A stretch of 62,854 nucleotides of DNA, counting the filler, from Octopus bimaculoides (Eukaryota), in assembly GCF_001194135.2 (NCBI RefSeq). It is 7 parts of 7 records of this genome, joined end to end, with 100 filler letters (N's around TTAATTAATTAA, not from the genome) between each part and the next. Parts side by side here need not be neighbours in the genome. Positions count along the whole stretch, not along the records: positions 46,461 to 56,248 come from NC_068998.1; positions 56,349 to 58,623 come from NC_068981.1; positions 58,724 to 62,854 come from NC_068990.1; 4 more parts are not named here. One strand, written 5' to 3'. Position 1 is the first letter of the stretch; each line of letters starts with the position of its first letter. The position numbers and the translations under genes were made by a program. Under the pieces are notes generated by a model that did not search any database, was not told the DNA's origin, and was given only the letters and a program-made list of their open reading frames with translations. Below, one piece after another: positions 48,796 to 61,574 of this stretch.

Positions 48796-51700
48796 CTAAA
48801 TGGAGCATACATTTAATTCTGAGATAGAAAATCAATACCCATGAATCAATACCTTGTAAATATATGTTAAAATACTCACAACTAATCCACTTATGTGTAT
48901 TCAACCTAGCTTGGCGGATAGAAGTGACATGATAAGAGGTAAAGCCCATATTCACAATGTATACCAACAATTATTATATTGTATCAGCAAAATGTATCTA
49001 ACAGGGCAAGAAGTTTTATATAGAGAGGCACTACAGAGCTTTAAGAATTAAATGATTTACAGACCAGGGCTCTGTTCAAGCAGGGTTAATCACAGTAACA
49101 CATCAAGAAAAACAACTTTATCTACACACATTATACAAGTTACTATCAACAATTTTAAGTAGTGATGAAAAAGATCTCAAATACCTATAGTCATTTCACT
49201 CAAATACGGATGTTGCAGAATTTCTTCAATACATGGCCTTTCTTTGGGATCTCTGCATAGACAGCACTGCACAAGAAACAGAGTAAGATATATAAAGTGT
49301 AGATGTGTGCGTGCATGTGTGTAACATCATAAAAATATCTCAAGGGTTCAAAACATAAATTGCAACAAATTAGAGAGATGACACTTGTTTGTTGCAAGTA
49401 ACATTCTGAGGTAATCTAATGCCTACTCTAAACAGCTTCATGAACCACAGCTTGATGTCTTGCATATAATTACAATTAAACATTTGGAGTGGATTTGATC
49501 TCAAAACCTATGTACTGGTATCCACATAATCTTGTTGGAATTTTTCTTCAATATGTGTTAATGCATGAGTGTGTGAATATGTGAGATGTATGTGAAAAGG
49601 TTGAACATAGATAAAAAGTGAAGGACTGATGGAAAGAAGGAAAGAGGCAGGGTATACAGCGAGCTAGAAAATAGAGAGTTCAAGAGGTCATCTTTTTACA
49701 TCCATACATACACACAGCACACACCAATGACAACCATTTCATCTACTGATACACATCCACTAGAATGTGGATATTTGTATCTTAATACATACCCCTACCT
49801 CAATGAGAACTATTCCATTTGATCTCATGCAATAGCCACCAAAGTGTAGATTAATCCATACATCTGTTAGCTACTAGAGTGTGAATGATTCCATCGTACA
49901 AGCACTCTCCATCAGAGGTGGATCAATTAATCTAAACATACATTTACACCCATCACAAGACCATGGATTATTCAGCCTAATAGCAACCACTAGTGTGGAC
50001 CATTCAATCTAATCACATACCCACCAACTACCAGAATGTGGACTATACCATTTAATCCCAACCATCAGTGTGCGCACGCGTGCATGTGTGTGTGTTTGTG
50101 TGTGTGCATGGACTATTCTGTCTAATCACACATACATGTACCATCTACCAGAATGTGGAGCATTTCATCTACTCATGCATAAAGTCATTAATTACCAGTG
50201 TGCAGACTATTCCATCTAATAACACATACCAGCCGCTAGTTGTACACCATTGCATCTAATCATACATAGATCACAGAGTGGATTAATCCATATAATTATA
50301 CATGTTCTTGTTTCCAGAGTGTGAATATTTCATCAAAAACCCACACAAACACCAACCATCTGAGTGTAGATATCTCACCTAATTCCACACGAACATCAAC
50401 CACCAATTTGAACTATTTCATACAAACCATTGAAACATACCTTCATTGTATCCAACAGCTCTTTATTTCTGACATCAGCAAATTTGATCTTGAAATTATT
50501 ACTTCTTATTGCTATCAGTTTTTCTGATGTGTTTCTAATCTCTTGGAACGGAGTTTTACCATAGACCATACAATAGAGAATACAACCAAGAGACCAAATG
50601 TCACTCTTCAAACCTATCTGGAATAGGATAAAATAATATGTAAGCTAGATTAAGACAGAGGTTTAAAATATGTACAGTCGAGAACAATCTAGGGAAGCTT
50701 ATACATTGTTTACCCGGGTGGTCAGCTATCACAGGGAAGAATTCTAGATTAAGTTAAGCTGAGTTGAGTTTGAAATTTAAATCAAAGAGTAAAGAAGGCA
50801 TACAGACTATGCATATTTAAATTTCCAGTCACTTGTAGTCATATATAGTGCCATTTCATCCTTCTTTGAAATCCTCAGTATGGTGTAACCCAAGGTAAAT
50901 AAATTATATTAAATTAAACATTTTACAAAGTTATATCATTCTTATAAAGAGAAAATAGTTTGCAGTTTAAAAAGCATTCATGATATCCTTTTTTTGACAA
51001 ATCAAAGTTGCATAACCCCACCAAAAATCTTTATCTGTAAAATGAACTTAACTAAAATCCAGGTTTTATAGATGAAGTCATAAAGAATTTCTCATTGTGA
51101 AGAGATGTCAAATCACAAATGCAATTGACCACAAGGGTTATATCCCATATAGAGCTAAATACTTATACATGTCAAACTAACAGACAATGTAATCATGCTT
51201 AACTAGTAGCATATTGCCAGAACACTATCATTCCTTTAGTTTACCTCTATGAAATAAATAAATAGCCTTTGTATTTCATGCTTGAGTTGTTAGCAAAATG
51301 ATGTCTACCTATAGAGTACTTACTACTGGAAACATCATTGACTATTGAGAATCTTGTCCAAGTAAAGAAATCAACCTGAGCAAAACCATCTTTATTAAAA
51401 CCTTTAAATCTGTAACTTCCCTATTACATTACATGCTGTGCCATTTGGACTTGAGAACAATTTTTCTTTTTGGAATTTTGCTATATACTCTGTAACTTCA
51501 CTAATACATTACATGCAAACTTCTCTTCTTAGGACCAATTTCTCCAGCCTTACAACTTATGCAATTTCAAATTAACAAAATTCTAATTAGCTATCAGAGC
51601 TGTCACTCTTCTTCAGAAACACAGTAGATATTTCAGAATTTACAAATTGCAAATCTCTTGAATAAGTTGTATTTTCTACTCAAAAAATTCTAGGTGCTAT

Positions 51701-54700
51701 TCTAATTTGCAGAAAAACCATTAAAAAAAAAACAAATTTCATCCTTATTCTGAAATAGACATTTATGTAACTAACTGTACCATTTTGAAGCACTGCTTTC
51801 AGCCTATTGATTTATACTAATGGTTTTGCTTTCACTGAGAATAGTGTTTACTTTAGACTGTAAATTAAGGATAGAAAAAAAAACCCAAATAAGTTCAAAA
51901 GGAATGCAAAGCATTTGGTTAAGAGACCATCATAAATGCACATCTCAACATTGGTTTCAAAAATTTCATAGTGAAGAGGAGAGCCTTCAAAATAAAGACG
52001 AAACTCTACTACATCCCAGCTTACTCTCTACACTTCTCTTTTACTGACTTCTACTTTTTCAAGCATTTCCTGCCAAAGAAGGCCTTCAACAAGCATGCAC
52101 CAGCTCAAAAGTCCTTTAAAAAGGTCATCAGTTTCAGGACTTCAGAATTCTATGCTATTGGAATAGATAGATTTGTTTTTTTATGGGAAAAATGTATACA
52201 TTAAAATGTTTGTATTTCAATTAATAAGATTTATTCTGAGCTGAGATATTTCTCTAAAGTTGATGATTAAAAACTACAATCTGGCACCAACCAGATATTA
52301 CACACAACTATATTCTTATGCTTCACACATTATTGATAGAAAAGGCTATTCAGTGACCGTACCACAGTCCTCTATGTTTTAAAAAGCAAGAACCAGCTAA
52401 TTTAGAAAATGCCTTCAATGTGATGTACATATCAAAGGACAAATCATCAGAAAACTTCTGATGTCAATTATATAAACATAAAACTCCATATTTTGTTATT
52501 TTCTTTTAGCATTTATCTGTTTCCTTTTTTGAATTCAATCTACATATCATACAACAATAACGAAAATTTTATGCCTTTTAATAAAGCAGTAAAAGTGCCT
52601 GTAAAATTATTTGAATAAATATTTTTAAAAACCTTACTTTGTGGTTTCTAGAGTTATCCAGGTAGACAGCAATTGCTTCTGGACTCATGTAATCAGGTGT
52701 CCCCATCAGTATCTCCCGGTTAATGCCAGTTTTACCAGTCTGTATTACATCAGCAATGCCAAAATCTATGAGCTTCAATTGGCCTCCAACAATCAGGAAG
52801 TTTGCAGGTTTCAAATCTGAATGTACTATATCTGAAAAGAAAATATTTTGTTTTCATTTAGTCAGAGCAAAAAGGACTCACAATCCATTTCAAGTCTGTC
52901 ATGAATGGTGTGAAGAAATTATCATTAGGCCCAGCTTGAATGCCTAGAACAAAGTGGGCCCTATTAAAAGTACCAAAGGGTCAGGTGGTGAAATGCTATT
53001 GTAATAAATTGATTTAAAACATGAGGTAATCTACTGATGATCAACAGTCCTCTTTAGCACGGCAAACTTTTAATGAAGTCAGTCACTGGAGAAAGACAAA
53101 TGAGGTAAAATTAAAAACCTGGAAGTCAACAGAATCACTTACACTAATAAAAGGGCCACTTCCAGAAGTGAAATCTTTTTGAAAAACCTCCCAGAATTTT
53201 CTTGAGAAACCTCCTATCATTACTAACGATCACATATTACAAACTGAATATTAAAATGGCAGGCTTTCTAATATAAGCTAAGATTAAAATTGAAATGACT
53301 CTTGTTTCGGAAAAATTACTTCTCAAGCTAGGGAAAACTGGAACATTTTATGATATATTTCTTCAAACGTCTACAATCAATAAATGAACTGAAGGCTGTA
53401 TCATTCTTTCCCTTAAAAAAGGGCATGTTACACTTAGTTTAGAATTAGCAGAGTATTAAATTAATGGCTACTATAGCTAAAATCACACTATCGTATCCAG
53501 CTGTAGCCCAAGAAAATTCTTTTGGAAAACTGGAATGAATTCAGCAAGAATTGCTCAACAACTGGTTGAATATTTACTGCCAGATGAATTTTAAAGGATG
53601 TTTGAACAAAGAATTTAATACTACATTATCCAATATAATCTTAGATATATAATTTCTGGGATACTGAGGTATGATTTAATGAAAATTTGACTATTTCTAG
53701 CAGGTTCCTTTGTTGGTTTATGTTTTATTTAGTACCCATGGTAGGTCATTAATTCATCATTTTAAGGTTTGTGTTTCTATACAAGTTAGCTTTAGGTCAT
53801 TGCATACATATTAGCATTCCTAGATCCTCAAGATGTAATCTCAAAAATTTTTTCCTGTTTCTTTAATAACCAGTCACTTTTTCATTTCACTTAGTGTACC
53901 ACTTTCTTATGCGTCCAACAGATCATACATAAATCATTCTTCTGCAACCTTCACATGGTGTTCTTGTTTGGTGTCTTATATCGCCAGGTTGTATGATGCA
54001 CTTTACATACACCTCTTACAATATAACTAATGTACAAAGAGACGACTGATTTGCTACTAAGGAAAATAACTTCATAACTTCTCTCACTATTTTTATGCTA
54101 ACTCTCATACTTTCACTTAAAACTTATACCAGCATTAATTAAGTCTCAAAAGCTAAAAGGAGAAAGGAGAAGCCTGAAATAATATATAGCACTGCTAAAA
54201 AGTAGTTTGTGGTCAGATCAGCTTACATGGAACCACCTTGTAAGCAGTTTTATGTCTTTTAGATAGAGCAGACAATGATACAAAACACTATTACGCTTGC
54301 TAATATATTGTTTCCTTTTTAACAAATTACTTCTGCTCTTGAGAACTAAATACTCCAAAAAGCTAGAGTTATACAGATTAAATTAAGATTTGAGTATTTT
54401 TCACAGATGCAAAGATTCAGACTTGCAATAGAGAAACTATGTGAATTGAAACTGCCAGATTCTGCTTGCTTGGAACTTGCAATTTCTTATATTGAATTCT
54501 GACATGGATCACAAAGAAACTGTGTTGTGATATTTGTTTTACTTCACCAAATGAAGCGAAATGGTATCAACTGAGAATTAAAAACATTTCATTTGATAAG
54601 GTACAAGACTAATTTTTGTAATTTATTATGCTACATTATTTTACTATATTATTTTACTATGCTAACTCTTTTTCATGATTACATTACTGAACACAACTAT

Positions 54701-55058
54701 ATTATAGCTAACAACAGTACAATATAACATATAATGCTGAAATATCTCCACATTTTCAGGCTTTGAAACACTTGTAATTCCATAAAATTGCAACTGTAAT
54801 CTTAATGAAAACACCTGTACAACATAACTTCTTTATGACACCACTAATCACAATAAGAAACCACTAGAAAAATACCTGTATGACACAATACCTTCTTTAT
54901 GGAGTACCAGAACAGCTTCTAGCATCTGGGTCCAGTAGCACATGACCATCACTTGTGGTATTTTTTTTGTCTTATATTGGCTACGGAACAAACTTGCAAG
55001 GTCAATGTTGCCAAACTCCAATACCAAATTCAAACAGTTCTTCTGATAGTCAAGTTCA
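48761..55058 (-). CDS. TTK: Mps1/TTK-like dual-specificity kinase, partial spliced CDS: exons 55058-54892, 52831-52638, 50617-50441, 49266-49185 and probable terminal exon 48795-48761
   Basis: Spliced translation [24 protein letters not shown]...[42 protein letters not shown]...[11 protein letters not shown]...[22 protein letters not shown]...[22 protein letters not shown]. The [25 protein letters not shown] and [18 protein letters not shown] motifs are characteristic of Mps1/TTK. All junctions are GT-AG and in phase. Confidence 0.88.
49185..49266 (-). CDS. TTK: TTK-like exon ([27 protein letters not shown])
   Basis: Acceptor tttcttgtgcag; aligns to human [22 protein letters not shown]; ends at donor ag|gtattt or reads on to TGA at 49179-49177. 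Confidence 0.85.
49720..50410. repeat. Degenerate ~35-45-bp minisatellite in a TTK intron (core CCAG(A)GTGTGGACTATTCCATCTAATCAC)
   Basis: Recurrent GTGTGGA...CCAT.TAATC motif, more than 12 times. Confidence 0.7.
50441..50617 (-). CDS. TTK: TTK-like exon (alphaF to alphaG)
   Basis: Acceptor ctattccag, donor gtatgt; [22 protein letters not shown]. Confidence 0.92.
51860..52210 (+). mobile_element. Short mariner transposase remnant
   Basis: [20 protein letters not shown] resembles the mariner helix-turn-helix segment (WFxKFxSGDxSLED). Confidence 0.55.
52638..52831 (-). CDS. TTK: TTK-like exon (catalytic loop, DFG, activation segment)
   Basis: Acceptor tcttttcag, donor gtaagg; [14 protein letters not shown]...DFGIA...GTPDYMSPE. 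Confidence 0.92.
54892..55058 (-). CDS. TTK: TTK-like exon (hinge to alphaE)
   Basis: Acceptor gttttctag, donor gtattg; LEFGNIDL...YWTQMLEAV. Confidence 0.88.
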
Positions 55059-57064
55059 CTAGAAAACAGATACATGACAACATTAGTCTGGCTGAAAGGA
55101 ATGTCATATACAGAATAAACAGAAATAGTAATCATTGGTTTACTATGGCTCTTCAAGGCCACTGCAAGTGATGGGTTGTCAGTTTTGCAGAGTATTTCTG
55201 GTATTCTGGGCAGCTCTCATATGTTCTGTGTCATAGTAGACACTAAGACACCAGTATCAGTACTTAATTGGAAAAAAACAAATATTGCAGTTTTGTGGCT
55301 TTCAATAAGATATTCACATTAAGCAAGACATACAGAATGAGACTATGAACAAATAGTATTTCTACTGTCAATAACCAATTTTTGTAACGCCAGATTTGTT
55401 ATCACTGTTTTTCTATATCAGGAGAAATGAAACTTGTTTAAGCAAATAGTTGGTAATAGATATTTGCTACTGATGATGTGTGAAAAGACAAAAATCATGA
55501 TTTAGCAATTCTACCACAGCTGGTGAATGCTTTCCATTTGCTTCAGATATACTTCTGTGCTATTTAGCACTATACATCAATAACAGAAGCTTACTCAAGA
55601 TTAATATTGCAGTTTTGTGGCTTTCAATAGTATATCAATGTTAAGTAAGACATACCGAAAGCTATTAAGAACCAACATTGCTTCCACTGCTAATAATGGA
55701 TTTATATATATTCTATTTAGTATACATTGTTCAGGTCTGCTTATCATCACTCATTTTGATCTTTGTCACCTCATTCATTAAAGCTCCCATTCACATTAAT
55801 TTAGTTTTTGTTTCAAGCATTAAAAGTTAGGGTTAGGGTTAGGGTTAATATAATTGTAATGTTGGACAATACATAGGCATGATTTGGAACCTATTTTTAG
55901 TACTTGTGACATGTTGGGGCTGCCTTCATTCTGATATGTTAGTTAAAATTGTTGGTACTTTATACTTGCAATGATCTTTATATACATGAAGATTATATTT
56001 TACACTTACAGCCAAAGGCTAGGTCATGCTGGAGCAGCAGGAAAAAATCTAAAAATTATTTTATTGAATCTTGGGAGGGCCATTATGCCAATAATAAATA
56101 CACGCATTGGTTCCATTTCAATTCTTTTATTATTAGTTCATGATATTTGTTAACCATTTAACCAATGAATTGTTTGATTAATTGTTCTGTGACTCAATCA
56201 TCAGCTAGATTTGTTAGTCCTTTTGTCACTTTTTGTGACCTCATCAGTNNNNNNNNNNNNNNNNNNNNNNNNNNNNNNNNNNNNNNNNNNNNTTAATTAA
56301 TTAANNNNNNNNNNNNNNNNNNNNNNNNNNNNNNNNNNNNNNNNNNNNAACTTTCAAAATACAAAGACCTGGAAATAGAGATAACTCGAATGTGGAGTCT
56401 AAAAACAGAAACAATTCCTATCATAGTAGGTGCCTTAGGTATAATAAAAAAAATATTCAGACAAATACATAACAAAAACACCAGGACTTACAAATATATA
56501 TAACATACAGAAAATTGCACTACTGGGCACTGCACACATTCTACGCAAAACACTTTCAATACAGTAAACATAAGAGCATCACAGCAAACCACAGCACATA
56601 CCCAAGGTGCACAGAGCTGCGCTCGGTAGTGAAGTGAAAGCACGTTATAAAAATAAAACTACTGAACAATGATAATAATAATATAAGGGCATTGGTGGAA
56701 GGTCGCGACAGAGGACCTGTGGTTACAGTCATGGTGGGGTGCGCAGATACGATAGAATGTATTTCCTTTCATGCGGGCAATGATTAAACACCTCATTCCT
56801 GCTATTCAGGTAAACAGTCGGGCGTTAGGTACTCTTTTATATATATATAAAGTCAATAGATGAGATCTAGAGATGTTCAATCAATACAGAAAACACATAG
56901 TAGTGCTCAAATGATTTGAACTTACACTCTGAGGTCATTATCGAGGACTAAGTCCGCGGGGACCAAGTCCTCGATAAGATGTATGTATGTATGTATGTAT
57001 GTATGTATGTATGTATGTATGTATGTATGTATGTGTCAAATCTAATAGTGTTTATCAGCATTAC

Positions 57065-57128
<64 letters not shown>

Positions 57129-58909
57129 ATGGCCGACATTCTTTATTTGAAATCTCTACAATTGTTTCGACACATAAGTTGATGAAGTTTATCAACGATA
57201 AACTTTGTCCATGGTTTTACCCCATAAAACTTTCCCTACGAACTGTAGATGACATTTTGATTCACCGTTTTTCTTTTATTTTCTGTTTTTTTGTTTGTTT
57301 GTTTTTTTTGTTTTTTTGTTTTTTCAGTCAGAGATCTATTTCTCTCTCATTTACTAAATAGTAAAGAAACCGGAAAAACTAAATCTGATTTTTTGAATGA
57401 GTCATTGCAGATTTTGAAAGGTGTTATGCTATATTTATTAATATATTCTTTTGCTTCACAATTTATATATTTATATCTTTGGCACCAAAGAAATGGAAAA
57501 TATTAATATGAATGAGTTTGTTGAAAGGATGCTCGAAAATAAATATAAAGACTAAAATTGCATGAAAACACGAATTGGACACCGTCGGCAGGCGTTTAAA
57601 TCAGCGAAGGTTGTTGTTGTCTTGTCATCGTCGTCGTCGTCATCGTTGTTGTTGTCGTTGTTTTGTCCCAAGATGGCCTTGGTCGAACAAAACTTTGCGA
57701 AAAAGCATACCACTCATAATCATCTCGTGTTTTAGTTTTGCAGCCATAACGTACACCAGACTACATTATCCAATATGTGTCCTTTTTCTAAGACAATTGA
57801 GAGTAATTCAAACGTATTTTGGCTATTATTTTTGCTAAGTCAATCGATATCAGTTCCCATATTGATTCTTAAATCTTCTAATGATACCGCTAGAAGAAAA
57901 TGCCTCCCATCAAAGAACGAGAGAAGAACATATTTCTAGCGAAGAGCTTAACATTTTATACAAAGAAACTTTGGACCTTATGAGAAGGTCAGAGTATTAA
58001 AGATCCGCTTCCATCTTCATGTTGTTAATCTTGAGCAAATTGGCCCGGCAGAAACATTCTTAGTTTAAAGTATTTGTATACTCACAGATGAACATAGCAC
58101 AGTGAGCTAACAAACCACTTGTCAATTTCATTATGCTTCTGCAACTTGAAATGAGTTGCTGTTATTGCTGTTTAGACTAGGGTTTGATCGATTGATTAAA
58201 GCTGTTTCGTCTGTGACTATCCAGGCTTGTTCATGCATAGTTTATCCTGGGACTATGTTATCCAACATTTCCTTCATTTTTAAAGTGGTGCGATATGATT
58301 TGATGGAGCTTTGATTGCAAATTCTTAGAAATTGAGTGAATTGGCAGAATTGCTAGAGTGTCTAAGAAAAGAGCTCGTGTCATTTAATTATAGGTCTTTA
58401 CGTTTTGAGTTCGAGCTACGCTGTGGTAAAATTTGCCTTTCTTAACTGGGATGAGACACTATATGTGTATGTATGTGCATACTACACACACACACACACA
58501 CAAACATTATCTTTATCTTTTACTTGTTTTAATCATTAGACTGCAGCCATGCTTTGAAGAATTTTTAGTCGAACGAGTTGACACCAGTACTTTTTGTAAG
58601 TATATATATATATATATATATATNNNNNNNNNNNNNNNNNNNNNNNNNNNNNNNNNNNNNNNNNNNNTTAATTAATTAANNNNNNNNNNNNNNNNNNNNN
58701 NNNNNNNNNNNNNNNNNNNNNNNTATGTTTGTTTTATGGATGCGTTTTTATGTATATATTTTCATGTCTAGGCGTATGCATATGTATTTATGCGCAGATT
58801 TGTATGTTTGTTTTATGGATGCGTTTATATATATATATTTTCATGTCTAGATGCATGCATATGTATTTATGTGCTAAATTTCTGGAAAGTTTTACATATC
58901 TTTACAGTT

Positions 58910-59225
58910 CCATTGATGGCTTGAATCTGTAGTCTTCTAATCAGCCTTTTTCTTTCAGGTTTTGAGAACCCTAATTCTTCCAGGTTTTTGTTGAGGCAGT
59001 TCGTTACATATCCCAATGCCCCAACAATCACGGGTATGAATCTGAACATGTAGTCTGGGTGGAGTATCTGCAAATTTCTCAGTAGTTCGGCGTAGTTGTT
59101 CTCTTTTTCTCTAATCTTTAGCGTGATGTTGACATCCGCAGGACAGCTGATTTCTACTACTGTACACAGTTTCTCTTCTCTGTCCCAGATTACTATATCC
59201 GGTCTATTAGGTCTGCACTTTATTG
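58910..59225 (-). mobile_element. R4/Dong-like LINE 3' fragment (different subfamily)
   Basis: QILHPDYMFRFIPVIVGALGYVTNCLNKNLEELGF...LQIQAINGTVKICKTF. Confidence 0.75.
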
Positions 59226-60934
59226 AGGTTTGTATGTATGTATGTATGTATGTATGTATGTATGTATGTATGAATGTATATATATATACAGTGAAGTTTA
59301 ATTGCCAACAAAATGTGGTGGTCCTATAAAGGACGATGTTACTGTTGTTTAAGTTAATATATAAGTTAATTAGAGAATATACTAACCTTTTAAAGAGATG
59401 ACTACATCGAAGAATACTCTGATTATCAATTTATTAAAAAATAATTATTAAGCATTATCACTCCATTTTCTTCTCNNNNNNNNNNNNNNNNNNNNNNNNN
59501 NNNNNNNNNNNNNNNNNNNNNNNNNNNNNNNNNNNNNNNNNNNNNNNNNNNNNNNNNNNNNNNNNNNNNNNNNNNNNNNNNNNNNNNNNNNNNNNNNNNN
59601 NNNNNNNNNNNNNNNNNNNNNNNNNNNNNNNNNNNNNNNNNNNNNNNNNNNNNNNNNNNNNNNNNNNNNNNNNNNNNNNNNATATATATATAATATATAT
59701 CTCTCCCTATCACCGCTTGACAACCAGTGTTGGTGTGTTTACGTCTCCCTAACTTAGACGTTCGGCAAAAGGCATCTATAAAATAGATATTAGACTTAAA
59801 GAAGAAATAAGTCCTGGGGGCGATTTGTTCGACTAAAACCTTCCAAGGCAGTGTCCCAGCATGGCTGAAGTCAAATGACTGAAACAAGTAAAAGATAAAA
59901 GATAAAGATATATTCACTTTTTCAGGAAGTTTGTTTGCTTGTAGCCCTTGAGATCATTTATTGAAGATCGATTTGAGATGCAGAGAGAAATTATTGATTT
60001 GTTATCATCAAAAGCGATGCTACTTTTCATAAAGAATAATTCTTTGTAACATGTTGAGATTCTCTTGTCTTAAACACATGAACCAAGTTCATATGTTGAG
60101 AACAATATTCACTTTGTTTTTCTTCATTTCTGTATTTATGCTGTCAAGCACATGAATAGAGAAATATTTTCTCTTCCCCTTTCAGTTTATCGAGTCTTGT
60201 TTGAGCACAGTTGTATGTCCCTCGTCAAAGCATTTCCTGATTGGCCGTTACTACTGGCTTTTGAATAGATTACTTGACGCTTCTTGTGATTTTGCTGTTT
60301 ACGTCTTATTTCAGTGTGTTTATGATGTTTCACTCTACTTTTTCCATTGATGTTACTAAATTTGTTTTTAGGAAGACCTCGGTAATTTATTTTAGTTTTG
60401 GCTACCCTTTTTTTCTACATGTAATATGAAAAGATATTCCTCTGAACATCATTTTAATATTTTATGCCTTTTGTTTTGTTTTGCTGGTAATGTTTACCCT
60501 CAAATCACCTTTTATCGAAAGGATTTATGATCAAAGACATTCTAGATGTGCTAGTTTCCTATTTCTGGAAATATCTGCAACTCCATTATCTAATAATGTA
60601 TTCTTTTGTGTATTAAGGTGGTATATGATATGAGGAGATTTTACTTCTATTGAGCGATGAAGGAGAAACATTCTGAAGTGCTTGCTGACCTTTGAGTTTT
60701 ATTTAGGACTAACATTCATTTTTCCTCTAACTTTCTTAATTTTTCTTGAACTTTATTTTTATCAAGTTAGACTTGAAGTGCTTCTGGTGGCACCGAACTT
60801 TGAATGCTACATTTTTCATACGTTATATACTTCAAATTCGAAGTATGTATTATCTTTCTCATCTTGATACGTATGTAATGTAGTCGTTCGTATTGCTTAT
60901 CGCGTTTATACATACAAATGTGTATATATATATA

Positions 60935-61209
60935 CTGTTGTGTCTGGGGAGAGTCATTTTCTTATTGTGCCTTAAAATTTAACACACTCACCGGTAAAAA
61001 TTCCACTTATTTTTTTCTTTTTATTTTCCTAAAATTATCGTTGCGTCTTGCAACCTTATCAATAGTCTTGACAGTCAAAACCATTGATAAGATTGCAAGA
61101 CGCAACGAAAATTTTAGGAAAATAAAAAGGAAAATAAGTGTAATTTTTACCGGTGAGTGTGTTAAATTTTAAGGCACAATAAGAAAATGACTCTCCCCAA
61201 ACACAACAG
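60935..61209. mobile_element. MITE with long (~78-bp) TIRs
   Basis: CTGTTGTGTCTGGGGAGAGTCATTTTCTTATTGTGCCTTAAAATTTAACACACTCACCGGTAAAAATT... is mirrored at 61132-61209. Confidence 0.9.
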
Positions 61210-61574
61210 AATATGCTTCAACACACGAAATCACATAAAAAATCTTGCAAACCAAATCCAAAAACGAAATATATATATATATATATATATATACATAAAT
61301 TCCTCTGGAATAAAATAGTAAGGGTTGTCAATAGAAGCGTATACGACTATAAAAAATCTCTCAATTTTTCAGTTTCGTTTCGGCTAAGGAACAACAAAAG
61401 TTACATGGAACGACCGACCAGTATATATATATATATAAATTTAGGTTCATTCTTTTTCTCATTTTTTTTTCAGTTTTTTCTCATCTTTTATTTTGATTTT
61501 CTTCTATTTTTATTCGGTTTTAATTTTTGGTGAACTGTTTTTGTGAACTGCTTTTAAACTGTTTTTTTCTTTTT

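Noticed and set aside
55826-55847. (TTAGGG)3.5 telomeric-like repeat
   Set aside because: Too short to distinguish from an ordinary interstitial microsatellite.
57140-57210. CGAAAC-AATT-GTA (minus strand) plus a 9-bp hairpin, considered as a hammerhead
   Set aside because: The core box has two mismatches and no stem I can be formed.
57881-58000. 39-aa ORF MIPLEENASHQ...RRSEY*
   Set aside because: No homology recognised and no convincing in-phase acceptor.
59930-60680. Possible highly decayed Penelope-like C-terminal region
   Set aside because: No frame gives a clear motif.
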